Positions 36,848 to 49,262 of a stretch of DNA of 64,000 nt are shown here, piece after piece (the stretch's first letter is position 1; every line of letters begins with the position of its first letter). The stretch comes from Batkoa obscura (taxonomy: Eukaryota): positions 372,001-436,000 of the forward strand of contig JASVEC010000027.1 of the NCBI GenBank assembly GCA_030770535.1, read 5' to 3'. Position numbers and translations under genes: made by a program. The notes under the pieces are model-generated. The model was given only the letters and a program-made list of their open reading frames with translations, had not been told where the DNA came from and ran no database searches.

Positions 36848-38088
36848 TTAAATAAAAGTATCAAACTTGACTGGTGTATAATCATTTTCTGGAATATTGA
36901 TATCACCAATAAATAATTTAGTTATAAGTTTGATATCAGCTAATTTAAAGCTATTAATTAAAACATTAGTATTATAATAAGATATTTTGATTTTAAATTT
37001 AATATTAATTAATATATAATTATCAACTAGGAGGTGAGAATTAATAGTAAAAAATTTGAATTTGGAGTTAATTTTAGTTAATTTAGCTTTAAATAAAGTA
37101 TCAGCTAATTTATGATTATTAACTGGAATATTAAAGTTAATAATAAACAGTTTAATTTTAAAATTAGGATGAATTAATTTATAATTACTAGCTGAGATAT
37201 CAAAGTAAACATTATATGATTTTGTTTTAGATTCAGTGCCAATTAACACATAATCATTATTTGGAATATGAGAAATGCTAGTAGACAATTTGGCTTTAGT
37301 GCCAGTATTAGCTGGTTTAAAATTATTAGGTGAGAGGTTGTAATTAATAGGAGAAAATATAGCCTCAAATAAAGCGTCATCAGCTTACAATTGTTAGTTG
37401 GAATACTATAGCTAATTGATGATGACTTAGTCTTAGGTTTGGTATTGATTAATACATAATCATTAGTTGAAACATGTGAATTAGTAGTGGATAATTCAGC
37501 CTTGGAGTTAGCAATAGATAATTTATGGCTGTTAGCTGTGACAGTATTAATAGTAGACAATTTGGACTTGGATTCAATATCAATTAATACATAGTCATTA
37601 GTTGGAATGCGAGGATAAGTAGTGGATAACTTAGTCCCAGGTTCAACATCAGCTAATTTACATTTTTTAGCAGGGAAATCAAAGTCAAAAATTAATGAAT
37701 TTATTTTTGATATAAATTCAACAAACATATGGGGATGTATTTTTTTGCTTAAGAATTTACTAATAATCTTTCTGTTCAAATAGCACTTAAAGAATGGAAA
37801 AAGTAATGAAACCAAAAAAAACATCCCCATATAGTCGCTAGCTAAAGCACTAGAGTTATCAGTGGTTAAATTGTAATTGCATTCAACAGTAGCAAATACA
37901 ATAGTATCAACTTGGGGATAGTTTTCAGACATAAAAGCACTGTCATTGATTTTATTAAAGCTAATGATTACTAAGACATCTTTGTTAATTTCATTTTGAT
38001 CAAATTTCGGTTTTATAAGGACATCTTTAGTTTGATGAATTTTAATAAATCTAGTATACTCACTCATCTTCATTAATAACATTATCAA
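36848..38088 (-). pseudogene. Frameshifted, decayed gene with about 23-aa degenerate tandem repeats, interrupted by a MITE
   Basis: Two overlapping ORFs with recurring KLST..H(I/V)(P/S)TNDYVLI and N(S/N)xKLAD units. Confidence 0.4.
37731..37828 (+). mobile_element. MITE family A copy
   Basis: ATAT TSD at 37727-37730 and 37829-37832. Confidence 0.88.
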
Positions 38089-38523
38089 TGTTATTGAAAA
38101 TTAGTCTAGTTTTATCTTTTTTAAAGTATCAATTAAAATTTTTTGGCCTTAATGAAAGATGTTAACAATTCAATAATAATTAATAAAAAGTACTTATGTT
38201 TAAGATAAACAGATAAAATTTAAAAATGATTTTGTAAATTGAGACGTAGGCGAGTTTGGCATTTTAAAAAACTCTAATTTTAACCAATAAGTTTCAAAGT
38301 TTATTTGCAAATATTAGCTCTGCATTAAAGCTTAAATTTTAATAAGGGTTATTCCCTGTACCTAAGAATAAATTAAACGCAGCATACACAATATCAACTT
38401 TGTTTTTAAAATTAACTTTTTTATCACAACCAATCAGTTTCATCACTTTTTTATTGAACTTGAAATTTTTAATTTTACAAATCATTCAACCCTTTATTTC
38501 ACTCAATTTTGACTTATAAAAAT

Positions 38524-41500
38524 ATGAGTCTATCATACACAGCCAACATAATTGACGAGCAACATAATATATTAAATGAGAATATAGACAACAACAACAA
38601 CATAACAGACGCCGGTAATCCTCCATTATTGCTCATCAAACCTCTCTTAGAAAACAGCATCATACGGAAACTATTAGTGCATCAAATAACCACTGGAGAA
38701 AAAGAGCTCATCTTAAATCGAGAAACTTATTTAGAAATTAAACACATTAAACTAAAAAATAAGAAGATAAAAATCAACCAATATTATCAAAGCTATCTAT
38801 TTGGAGTATGTAAAGATATCTGGCTATTTGGAGAGGATATGTTATTGGCTATCTCGGATGCTGGTAAAGCTTGTTTTTTGAGGATTAATAGGGGAAAAAA
38901 AGGCGAAAGTAGTGATTTGGAAATGATTAGAGAGGTAAGTGAGATTTATAAAAACTTTTACAAATGATGTTAAACTATTAATTTTGGATAGATCGTTGTT
39001 AATTCTTTGGACTCGGAATATCAATTTTTAAATAGAAAGTTGGCGGTAGAAGAAAGGTATTTTGGTATAAAAATTGGTGCTTTAGTAAAATAATGAAGTG
39101 ACTGATTTAGAAAACATTCTTTTTCCGTGGCGGCTTGGTTGACTAAATTCACTATATATTTTATAAATAGCTATCAAAATAAATTTGAACGAGAGCCGGT
39201 GAAATGGATTAAAAATAGTGTTATTAAAGTAAACAGTAAAATGGTAATTAACAGGATGACATTAATATTGAATTAGGATTTTACCTTTGAAGTTCAAGGA
39301 GTGATTTGGGCTATGAGTTATTTATTTATGAAAAAAGAGGTTAAAAATAGATTCGTTTTAGCGCTGATTGTTTTAGAGTAAGTTATTTATAGTAACAATT
39401 ATTTTAGTAACCGGTTTATTAAATTTCATATAGTGATATTGATAAAACTTCCTCATTAATATTATATGAATTTTATTCGCTAAAAAATGATACACCACAC
39501 CAATTAGATTCAGAAGAAGATTCGGAAGAAAACATAAATTTTATGAATGAAAATCAGGATATTAATTATCAAAGATATAAACTACCTATTGGAAATCGTA
39601 AGATTTCATTTTATTAAGATAATAATAATTTTTTACTATTATTTAGTGGAATTAGCTATCGACGGTATGCCATTACATTTAATACCTTTAAGCTCTTTTC
39701 ATGATTCGATGATTATTGTTACGGAGTATCAAATCATGTTTTTAACTACTGATCATGTGGTTGCCGCCAATATCCATTTTCCTAGATTGGATTTGCCTAA
39801 AATTAACAATAATGATGAAGGTAAAATAATATAAATAACAATAATATAATGTTTATTTATTTATTTATTTAATTAATTAGTGTCATTAATAACATGCTGG
39901 AGTGATCCAAGTGTACATAAAAAGACAGGAAAAGACAATTATATTTATTTAGGTAGTGATAAAGGATATTTGTATAGATTAGACATTAATGAGAATGGAA
40001 ATACTCAACAGCAAATTGAATTAAAATTGAAACTGATTGGAAGAATGGAAAATAAAAGTTTTGGGAATTCATTAGAGATAATCGAAAGAGATTGGGAGTT
40101 TGATGTGATTGCTTTTTCTATGGATTTTAGTGATAGTGGAGTGATTTGGGTATCAAATAAAGGGGACATTAATAATGAGGATGATTATAATTATTTCAAT
40201 AGTTATAATTTCAAAGTTAATAATCCGTACTTTGATAATAATAATGAAGAAGAAGAGAATAGAAATAATAAGCTGAAGTATAAGAACAATAAATTTAATT
40301 TAATTAATTATAATAATATCAAATTACTAAATTATGAGTTGTTATTTTTTAATCGTAGTCCAATTATTGATTTTGAACTAATCAATAATAAGATTGTCAC
40401 TTGCTCTAATTTATATCCTAATGGCAGTATATATTCTTTACAATATGGTAATTGTATTAAATTAATTAACCTAATTACAAATAATACAATAATTAGTAAC
40501 AATTATAGTACGAATAGTATAGAGAATATTGATGAAGAGGAGTTTTACTTAGATAAAGTTATAAGCAACAGCAATACCCCAAACAATACCAATAAGTTAT
40601 TACAGCCTATCAGAAGTATGATATATAAAGTAGAAACAATTTATATTCAACAAGATAGCATGATAATTATTGTAATGTACAACAATGAAGATAAAATTCA
40701 ATTGTATCATTTAATCAAGGAAGAATTAGTAGATATATCTAACGAATTAGATATTGACCGATCAAAGGCAACGATTTATTTCAATCATTTTAGTTATTTT
40801 GAAGAACAGCAATATTTTTTACAAGTATTAGAAAATGAGATTGTGTTTTATCATTCGATTCAGCATGATCTGTTTGGTGCTAGAATCATTAAGTTTGAAG
40901 TGGAAGGAAGTAGTAATGTATTGTTTGCAACGACTATACAAAATCAATTGTTTATGATTCAATATAGCTATGGTAGGGAGTATTATTTGACTTGCTATAC
41001 GATCAGTTTGAATAACAATGAAATTTGTTTGATAAAGGAAGGACAACTTTTATTAAATTATCAACCTTGTTATTTACAATGTTTTAAAATTGAGCAAAAA
41101 TGGATGATTTTTATAGCTAATTTTAGTGGGGAAGTATTGATTTATTCACTGTTTAACAAGGAAATTGAATTAGTTACTACAATTGAATTAGAATTTTTAA
41201 ACCCAACGGAGTATATAGTTGCTAACGAAATTATTTTATATGAAAAGTTTATTTTGATAGGATTAAAGAGCGGAAAGGTAGCGGTATTTGAGTTCAATAT
41301 GGAAGAAGAAATAGAGTTCATTGAATTTAAAAAACAAGTTGAGTTAGGGAAATTACCGGTGAAATTCCAATGCATTAATCAGAATACTGTATTGTGTATA
41401 TCAAATCAATTGTATTTGTTAACGATTGATCATAATTCATTATTTGATTTTAAATTAGTACTAAATTTTAATTTTAATTTAAATCAATTATTTAATGCAA

Positions 41501-43038
41501 CAATTATTAACTATAATTATTTCAATAGTCTTAATAATAATAGTAGCAAAGTATATTTATTAGCAATCAATGACCACCCGTTTGATTTTAATAGTAATAA
41601 TAAAAACAATATGAATAATGTTATCACATCACCAAAATTACAACCTCATCATAAGCAAAGTCCAAAGAATCAGTCACCTAAATTATTTTATAATAACAGC
41701 AATAATATCAACAACAATAGTAATAGTAATAAGTATAGTTATTTGGGATATTTTAAACTTCAATTAAAGTCAGAATATTTAAGCAATAAATTAATAATTG
41801 GTGGTACTCCAAGGCGTATTCATTATAATAAACAAATGGAATTATTGTTGATAATGATAAATGAAGAGAACAAAAATTATCAGATTGAATCTTATTTAAG
41901 ATTAATACATCCTAGCAATGGGAATATCTACGCTCAGTACAAATTGAATGAAAATGAACAAGGGTTTTCTAAATTATTATGGGATTCTAAGTTCTATTTG
42001 AATAAAAATAAAGTGTGGAAATATAAAGCGGTATATTTTATAGGTACTGGGATCTTGGATGGAAGGAATAGTCAGAATAATTATGGCGGTAGATTATTAG
42101 TAGTTTTGATTGAAATCGAGTTTAATTATGGTAGTCAAGTGATGGAAGATGATAAAATTCAATTAAGTACAATTTACAATATCAAATTCACAATAATTAA
42201 TAAGATGGATTTACCTATGGGTATTGTTTGTTCTCTAAGTAAGTTTAAAAAGTATTTGGTATTAAGCTCAGGCAAATGTGTTCAATTGTATTTGCCTAAT
42301 TTTAATTATAATAATCAAAACCAACTATTTAAATTAATAAGTTTGAATATAATTTGCTCACATACTATTGATTCCGATGTTACTAATATTAATCATAATC
42401 ATAGTGATAAGATTGCTGTAAGTACCAAACAACAGAGTGTTTATTTGTTTACATTCGAAGAAAATGAATTGAAATTGATAAAGAATAGTAAACAATTAAG
42501 AAATATTGGTAAATTTATATTTTTAAATCAAAGATATGGACTTGCTTTTGATCGAGTTGGTAATTTGATTTTGATGGAAACTGAAACGGATGAGCAAAAC
42601 AATAATAGCATAAGCTATAAAAATTACAATACAAAATTAAAGGAAGTGAATATGTTTTATTTTAATGAAATCATCACCAATTTAAAGCAATTAGACAATA
42701 ACAGTAATAGTGATACAATTGCTATGGGCTGTACTATTTTAGGTTCTTTATTTCATATCCAAACATTAAGTTATAGGTATCATCTACAGTTAATTGAGCT
42801 GCAAACAATATTATCTAATAGTAAATTTTGTCAACCGTTGCTAGGTAATGATTGGTACTCTTTACGTTATAGTCAGATGAATAATGATCAAATTTATTTC
42901 ATCGATGGTTATTTAATTAAGAGGTTTTTATCGCTTTCTTACAGCCAGCAAGTAGATTTATTGAATCAACGTAGTGAATGGGGTGCTGCTTTTATAAATG
43001 AATTTATACAGTATCTAAATCAAGTGATGCAAAGTTAA
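38524..43038 (+). CDS. DDB1/Mms1/CPSF-A-family triple beta-propeller protein, multi-exon
   Basis: N-terminal LFGVCKDI..LAISDAGK; NRSPIIDF..IVTCS..GSIYSLQYG; IGGTPRRIHY; C-terminal FIDGYLIKRFLSL. Several short GT-AG introns between 38936 and 39880. Confidence 0.75.
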
Positions 43039-43726
43039 AACTTCAAATAAAAATAAAGTTGCTATTAGTTATTTGTTACCGTTTTATTTGTTGGGTTATA
43101 TTTGTATAGTTTCAAAAAATATGAGTGACTGACAATATCAAACAAAGGGATGAGAAATTCGATATACAAACATGATTTTATTCTCAAATGACTTTGATGA
43201 TTAAGGGCCAGAAATGACAATTCAATTAAATTGTACTTATACAATATATAAAAGTTTTAAAATAGATACGTCTCTTATATTTTTTTTCTACAAAGCACTG
43301 TTTTACTTAATAAAAAAGGTTGAATAAGTAACATTAAATAATGTTTAGGTTTTGTATTTTTAAAAAGATTTCATACATGTATTTTGTATTAGAATTCAAA
43401 GCTACAACTGAGCTAAAAATAGCTCTGAGAGTAGCTTCTAATAGGTTTTATTCTCTGATATACTTTACAAAAGTATTTACTAAAAACAATTTACTAAAAA
43501 TAAATGTACAATCAGATATTTAAGATAGGTATTTATGTAAACCTAAATTTGCAAATTTTTCAAATCGTTTGATATAAAAAGACAACTTTCTTTTTTTTTC
43601 TACTCTAAGCTTAACTGAAAGAAAAACTCCCTCGTTAGCAACTTTATTAAATTAAAGAGTTAACGTGATTGTTTGGATCTCATTAAACTGTATTTAAATA
43701 CTTTTATTGCTAAAACTCTAAATACA

Positions 43727-44011
43727 ATGGATACAAGTTGGTGCCCTATGTGTGGTAGACATATTGATTACTCAGATACCGATCTTTACTGCAGCGAGAG
43801 ATGTCGTAAGAGGGATGAGATACCTCTTTTGTTACCCTCTACCTTTACAATCACTTTTTCAAGTTGCTCGACCTCACCTTCTCTAACTTCAACCTATAGT
43901 CTTCTCTCAGTTGAAAATTATGAAGAAGTACCATCCTATCAGTTAGATTATATGAATGAAAATGAAAATTTACGCCTCTTTAGTGACTATTTGTATAATT
44001 CATTTCAATAA
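43727..44011 (+). CDS. ECL1: Ecl1-family small zinc-binding protein, paralog 2
   Basis: MDTSWCPMCGRHIDYSDTDLYCSERCRKRDEIPLLLPSTFTI; close paralog of 28724-29005. Confidence 0.75.
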   Translation: MDTSWCPMCGRHIDYSDTDLYCSERCRKRDEIPLLLPSTFTITFSSCSTSPSLTSTYSLLSVENYEEVPSYQLDYMNENENLRLFSDYLYNSFQ

Positions 44012-44767
44012 ACAAAATTATTATATCTAAATATCACTTTCAGTTTACTAAATAGTAGTGTATGTTATAGCATCTTTTGATAAAATTTTCATAAATAATA
44101 AATCATAACTAAATTATTTACCCAATAATAGCTTACAACTACAAAATTCATTGGAATTTAGTAATTATTTGAATAATTTATGGACACACTATTTGTCATT
44201 TGCCTAATATAGATTAAACGCATATGCTTTGAAAAATAAGGATCAAAATATAAAAGAGTATTTGCTATTTATTTTATTCATTGAACAAAGTAAAAAAGTT
44301 AGTGGTTTTAAATCATGTATGAAGAAATTTCAGAACACCAAATTTAAGGTAGATGTATATCCAACTATTGTAGGTATTTAATAATTTGATATTGTAAATA
44401 AAATGTTAGGTATTGCTGAACTTATTAAAGGTGCAGTGATAGGAAGTATAGGAAATGTTCAAATATTCAAATTCAAATGGGTTAGATTTGCTCATATCAA
44501 GGTTTAGTGATTAGCTAAATTAATTCAAGAGAATTTATAAAATTCGTTTATCTTTTTATACTTAACTATAATATAAACTTCATAATTTAAGTAAAGAGTT
44601 AGATATATCAGCGTATTATACAACCAAAGTTCTTTTTTATTTAAAGCCTTGAAAGCACTTAAATAATGCAATATCTCACAGCTTCGATTTCATTTATTAA
44701 ACTATGCTACAATCTTTTAATTAATAATTTACTGTGAAACCATTTTGATTCATTTCCATAAACATAT

Positions 44768-44865
44768 GGTGGTGTTTTTTTAGTTTCATCACTTTTTACA
44801 TTTTTTAAGCGCTATTTGAGTGGAAAGATTGTTAGTAAAATTCTTAAATAAAAAAATACATCCCC
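44768..44865 (-). mobile_element. MITE family A copy
   Basis: ATAT TSD at 44764-44767 and 44866-44869. Confidence 0.88.
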
Positions 44866-46839
44866 ATATATGATTGAAAATATCCTATATTACTATATTT
44901 TATACTGATGTTATCAGTATCTTGATTCCGTTTTTCAATTTTTATTTTTATTTTTATTTAAGAAATATTTTCTAAAAATTGTCATTATTTTTGTTAATAA
45001 AGCTTGAATTTGTTATTTTTTACTTTTATTTCATTTTTTAATATTTTAAGCATTATTATTTAGATACAAATATAAATTAATTAATCATAAAACAAAATAA
45101 TGCTAGAAGTTAATTAATCTCTATAAAAATTATTGAAAGCGTTGATATATATAAAATAATGGATAAATAGTGATATCAAAAAACACCCAGCTATTTAACT
45201 TAACTGTCCACCATATAGAAAGTATGTTGCTTTAATTTGATCTTTTGGATACCAAGCAAATTTTAAAGAAATGTTCGATTGGATTAGAATTAATTTTAAA
45301 AAATAAGTCCACTTTCATCAAAGTTTATTGTTAACTTACATCGTCCATGGAACCGAAAGGGTTAACTGAGGTAAACTTGACAACTTAACTCGTCAAGTTT
45401 AGACTTTGGCAAAAAATCGATGGTTTAGATCACCACTTGTATCCAAGTAGTTAAAGAACTTGAGAAAAATGGAAATTTTATCCAGCACTTGGTTGCTTAG
45501 CTACAATGGCGTTAAAGAATGCTGATCTAGACAGTTTACATCTGAGTTAAAGGGGAGGGGGTTTAATTAAATGAAATACTTTTAAAAAGGTAATACTTTT
45601 AAAAAAATATACTTGCTCTGGTTCTGGAATAGCTAGCCTGTTAAATAAGACAAGCTATTAGATAGCTCAAAGAATAGTGCAATACTTATAATAAGATTAA
45701 CTATAATTTATATTATATTAAACGTCCTCTATAAATAAATTAAAGTTTCACTATTTTATCTATCCAAATCTTTAATTAATATGACCATCGATCATATTTC
45801 GATTAGATTTGGGCTGAAAGTAAGTATAAAAATAACCTAAACTTATTATTCACTAATAACTTAAAGGGCTCATATCATGGCATATCTATCAAATACAGTA
45901 TAGACATCCACCTTTTAAGCAACGCTTATAAGTCAAACAATATGGAGATCCAACATGATAGTAAACAACAACAGCTAAGAAAGCACTCATGATATCTCAC
46001 TCACCAGCTTCTCAAGAAATCAAAGGATAAATTGACTCTAAAATATTAAACCCCTGGTTTGAGAGCAAGTTATTATCCATAAAATGCAATGGTTTACCAA
46101 AAAAGTCAAGCTGACCTTTTAATAACAACAAGAATAGTTTTGTTATTAGAGAAAGTGTGTGTCCACTATATGAAATGAATTAGACTAAACTAGAGCTAAA
46201 GACGCCAACATCTATGCTGATATAGTGACCATGAGTTATTGGAAGATACGTTTTATACGATAACGACTTAAGAGCTGGATTATGCATTATCGAACTATGA
46301 AAAAGTCGCTGGAGGGTGTCAGTTTGATTGTATCAATGTCAGCACTATTTAACAGGAAAATGTATATTTTCTAAATATAATTTAGATAGCTATAAATGTA
46401 GAAACTATTAAAAACTTTATAGTTAAATGCTACTCCATTATTTTTTGATCAAGTTGGTCGTTTACTCTATTAAAATAGCAATCTGTCATCTACTATGTGC
46501 CATTGGCGTGATCGAAGATGTATTTATTATATTATTAATTTATGAAGTGATGTTTTTTGTCTTTTAGATTGCTATTTATTTTGTCAAAGCGTTATCCCAC
46601 TACTTTAAGTTTGTATAATCTTGCGGAGCTAAACAAATTTTTTATTTTGGATTATTTACTTTGAAATCTCCAGAAAAAAGGTTTTAAAAAACATTAAAGA
46701 TTCCTTTGAATTTGACGGTACTGATGCTTTATTGTACTTTAGAAGTTTAAGGAATTGAGAAAGTGCAAGATTTAAATCTAACTTTATTGTACTACATAAT
46801 AAAATGGGATATAATAAACTTAAAACTTATAAAAAGTAT

Positions 46840-48196
46840 TCAAATTGATTTATTCATTTCATCAACAAACTTTGTCCACTTTTTAACCACATTAAGTATT
46901 AAATTTAATCCTGGATATACCGCATCATTTTCTAATTGGTGAAATTTATAATTATATGCTAAATCTTCTTTACTGCAATGGAACCAATATAGATGACCTG
47001 AATCACAACCTTTACACATAACCTTTTATACAAATCATTAGTATCATTCTATTAAGACTATAATATAGCATTTACTGTTTGCTGTGCAACGTTATGGAAA
47101 TACGCGGCTAATTCCATCTGTAGCAAATTTGATAATAAATCTTTTCTTTCACATCTAATTTTAATGACATTACTCAATTGCGACTGCTTATATAAACCCT
47201 TAGTTGTATTCAATTTCTTTATAATTGGGCAGTGAATTAAATTCATTGCGTTTGTAAGACTTGTATCCAATTTGTTTCCTACTCTAAAATACTGTCCATG
47301 TTTACTATTAAAAATAGTTAAACCAATTCGTTTGATATATTATTATAATATTATATCTATTACTTATGATATTCTGAAGCATAAATGTACAAATCACCTA
47401 TGTCCTTTTGTGAATAATCAAATGACCTAATAAAATGTCGTATCTTTTTTGCCGTTTTTTTAGATAAAAACATAATTTGAACTGGTAATTCTTCTTCAAT
47501 TAATATTTCAAGTTTACTGTTCTTATCTATGCTCTTTTTAGGGTTGGGATCATTGTCATGTAAATTAACATCACTAGAAGCAGTGCATAGTTCTAATCAT
47601 ATATTAATATTATAAACAAACTAAGTACGTTGATTACCTTGCATCTTCTCTAAAGCTGCTTTATTGCTTTCTGTATCACCGTTACTATTGATTGCTAGTT
47701 ACTTTTGAAATTTAAATCAAATTAATCTTACCCTTCTTCTTTCGCTTTAATTTCGTTTTCGTTAGAATTAGAATTCTTAGCTTTTTTTGACATGCGATGT
47801 CCATTAACCTCTGTCTCCTTCCTAAATAACCAGGTAAAGTGTTATTCAAATTATATAATTGCACTTACCTTAACTGCTTTAAAAGATTATTCTTTATAAT
47901 ACTTTCTCTCAGCTTCAATCTTATATCTTCATCTACTGATTGTCTTCTCTGCCTGTTAAATCAGAACATAAATAAAAATTCTAAAGTCGAAAAATTCATC
48001 TTTACCCCTTGATCAGTTTATTGTCCTTTTCATTCGCATGTAAATAACATCTCCATCTCTCCGGCAAATAAGGTACTTTACTAATTTGAATAGCTGTCCA
48101 AAGCTCACAATCTTTATCATCACAAAATTTTATCAAGGTATCTTGTTTATTTTCTACCACTACTATAACGCTCTTTTCTACCTCATCACCTAACAT
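46840..48196 (-). CDS. Multi-exon protein with a degenerate T5orf172/Mug113 (GIY-YIG-like) C-terminal domain
   Basis: Hand-spliced 7-exon frame is open: ..GDLYIYASEYH|NKHGQYFRVGNK..IHCP..LLSNLLQMELAAYF..|VMCKGCDSGHLYWF..LILNVVKKWTKFV; N-terminal FCDDKDC..RCYLH. Confidence 0.6.
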
Positions 48197-48507
48197 TTTT
48201 AAATTGATAAATTGATTCCTATAAGGTTGTCATGAAATAATTTTTTTTAATAGTGTGTAAGGTTTTAATACAGTTGTAAGTAAGCGCATTTTATTGGCTA
48301 GTTTTTGGGCAAAAAAGGGTGTGAGGTGGAAGTGCATTCCTGGTATTGCTATTGTTTGAAAATAGTATAAGGAAATCGAAATTTAAAATACAATATTTAC
48401 TGCTTACATTACTATCAATATATCAATGTCATATTTAGCTCGCCTTGTAAGCTAATGTATGCTTTTTTAAAATTAATCTTGTTTTATTTTACATAAAACT
48501 TAAATTT

Positions 48508-48760
48508 ATTTACAGGATTTCCAACCCTATACTGTTGTCTCAGAAAAATTGACAGGTTGGGCTAAAATTTTCTTGATAATGATTGAATCAGAATGTGAAC
48601 AAAATCAAATATTCCAACATAAATTAATGATCTTTGCCATGATTAAATTGATTTCTGTTGCAGTTTTTTTTCACTTTGGATTTAATTATCAAGAAAATTT
48701 AAACTCAGATTGCTCACTTTTTGAATAACCCCATCTAGAGGATTGCAAATCCTGTAAATG
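48508..48760. repeat. About 250-nt imperfect foldback (hairpin RNA or MITE)
   Basis: Nested pairings: atttacaggattt / aaatcctgtaaat; aaattttcttgataat / attatcaagaaaattt; gtgaacaaaa / tttttttcac; caacataaattaat / attgatttctgttg. Confidence 0.75.
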
Positions 48761-49262
48761 CTACAATTTTTTAAATTTTTTTCGATTGAGTAAATGCCCA
48801 GTTTTGGTAATTAATTCTCATTTTCATCCCACAATAAAATAATATCAAAAAATTCAGCTGGTTGTGAAAGCTAATGATTGATTGGTTAACGATGGTTTGA
48901 TGCATGGACTTGGGCAATGTTGGCAGTAAGAGAACAAAAGTTACACTAGGTAAGCGAAAGGTAGAAATTCAGAAGAAGGATCCTTGTAATGTAGCGACGT
49001 GGTAAAATGGGCTTTAAATTTTAAAAATTCTAAGGAAAGCTTCCAAGTTAAGGATTGAATCGGTTTTAATCCATGGAATCTTTTCAATTTTATTGGCTAT
49101 CGCTATCTACAGATGGAATAGTTATTCTTTCATTGGGCAATTGAAATAAATTATTATACTGCTGATTTTTTCTTGTCAAGTTCATTGAATACCTTTTTTT
49201 TAAATTCTAATAATAGTAATTCATATTATTTATTAATTTAAAAAAATAAAATTAATTAAACC

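Noticed and set aside
45339..45422. Hammerhead ribozyme (GTC, GAAA loop, CTGAG, hairpin)
   Set aside because: The core does not match CUGANGA...GAAA and stem I does not close.
45781..46340. Possible gene with ATG and one good intron (45820-45866)
   Set aside because: All frames are soon interrupted by stops and no family was recognised; at most an unassignable pseudogene.
48845..49012. GC-richer block with an Sm-site-like AATTTTTTG on the minus strand, as an snRNA or telomerase RNA
   Set aside because: No U1/U2/U4/U5/U11/U12 signature and no telomeric template recognised; such T-runs are common here.
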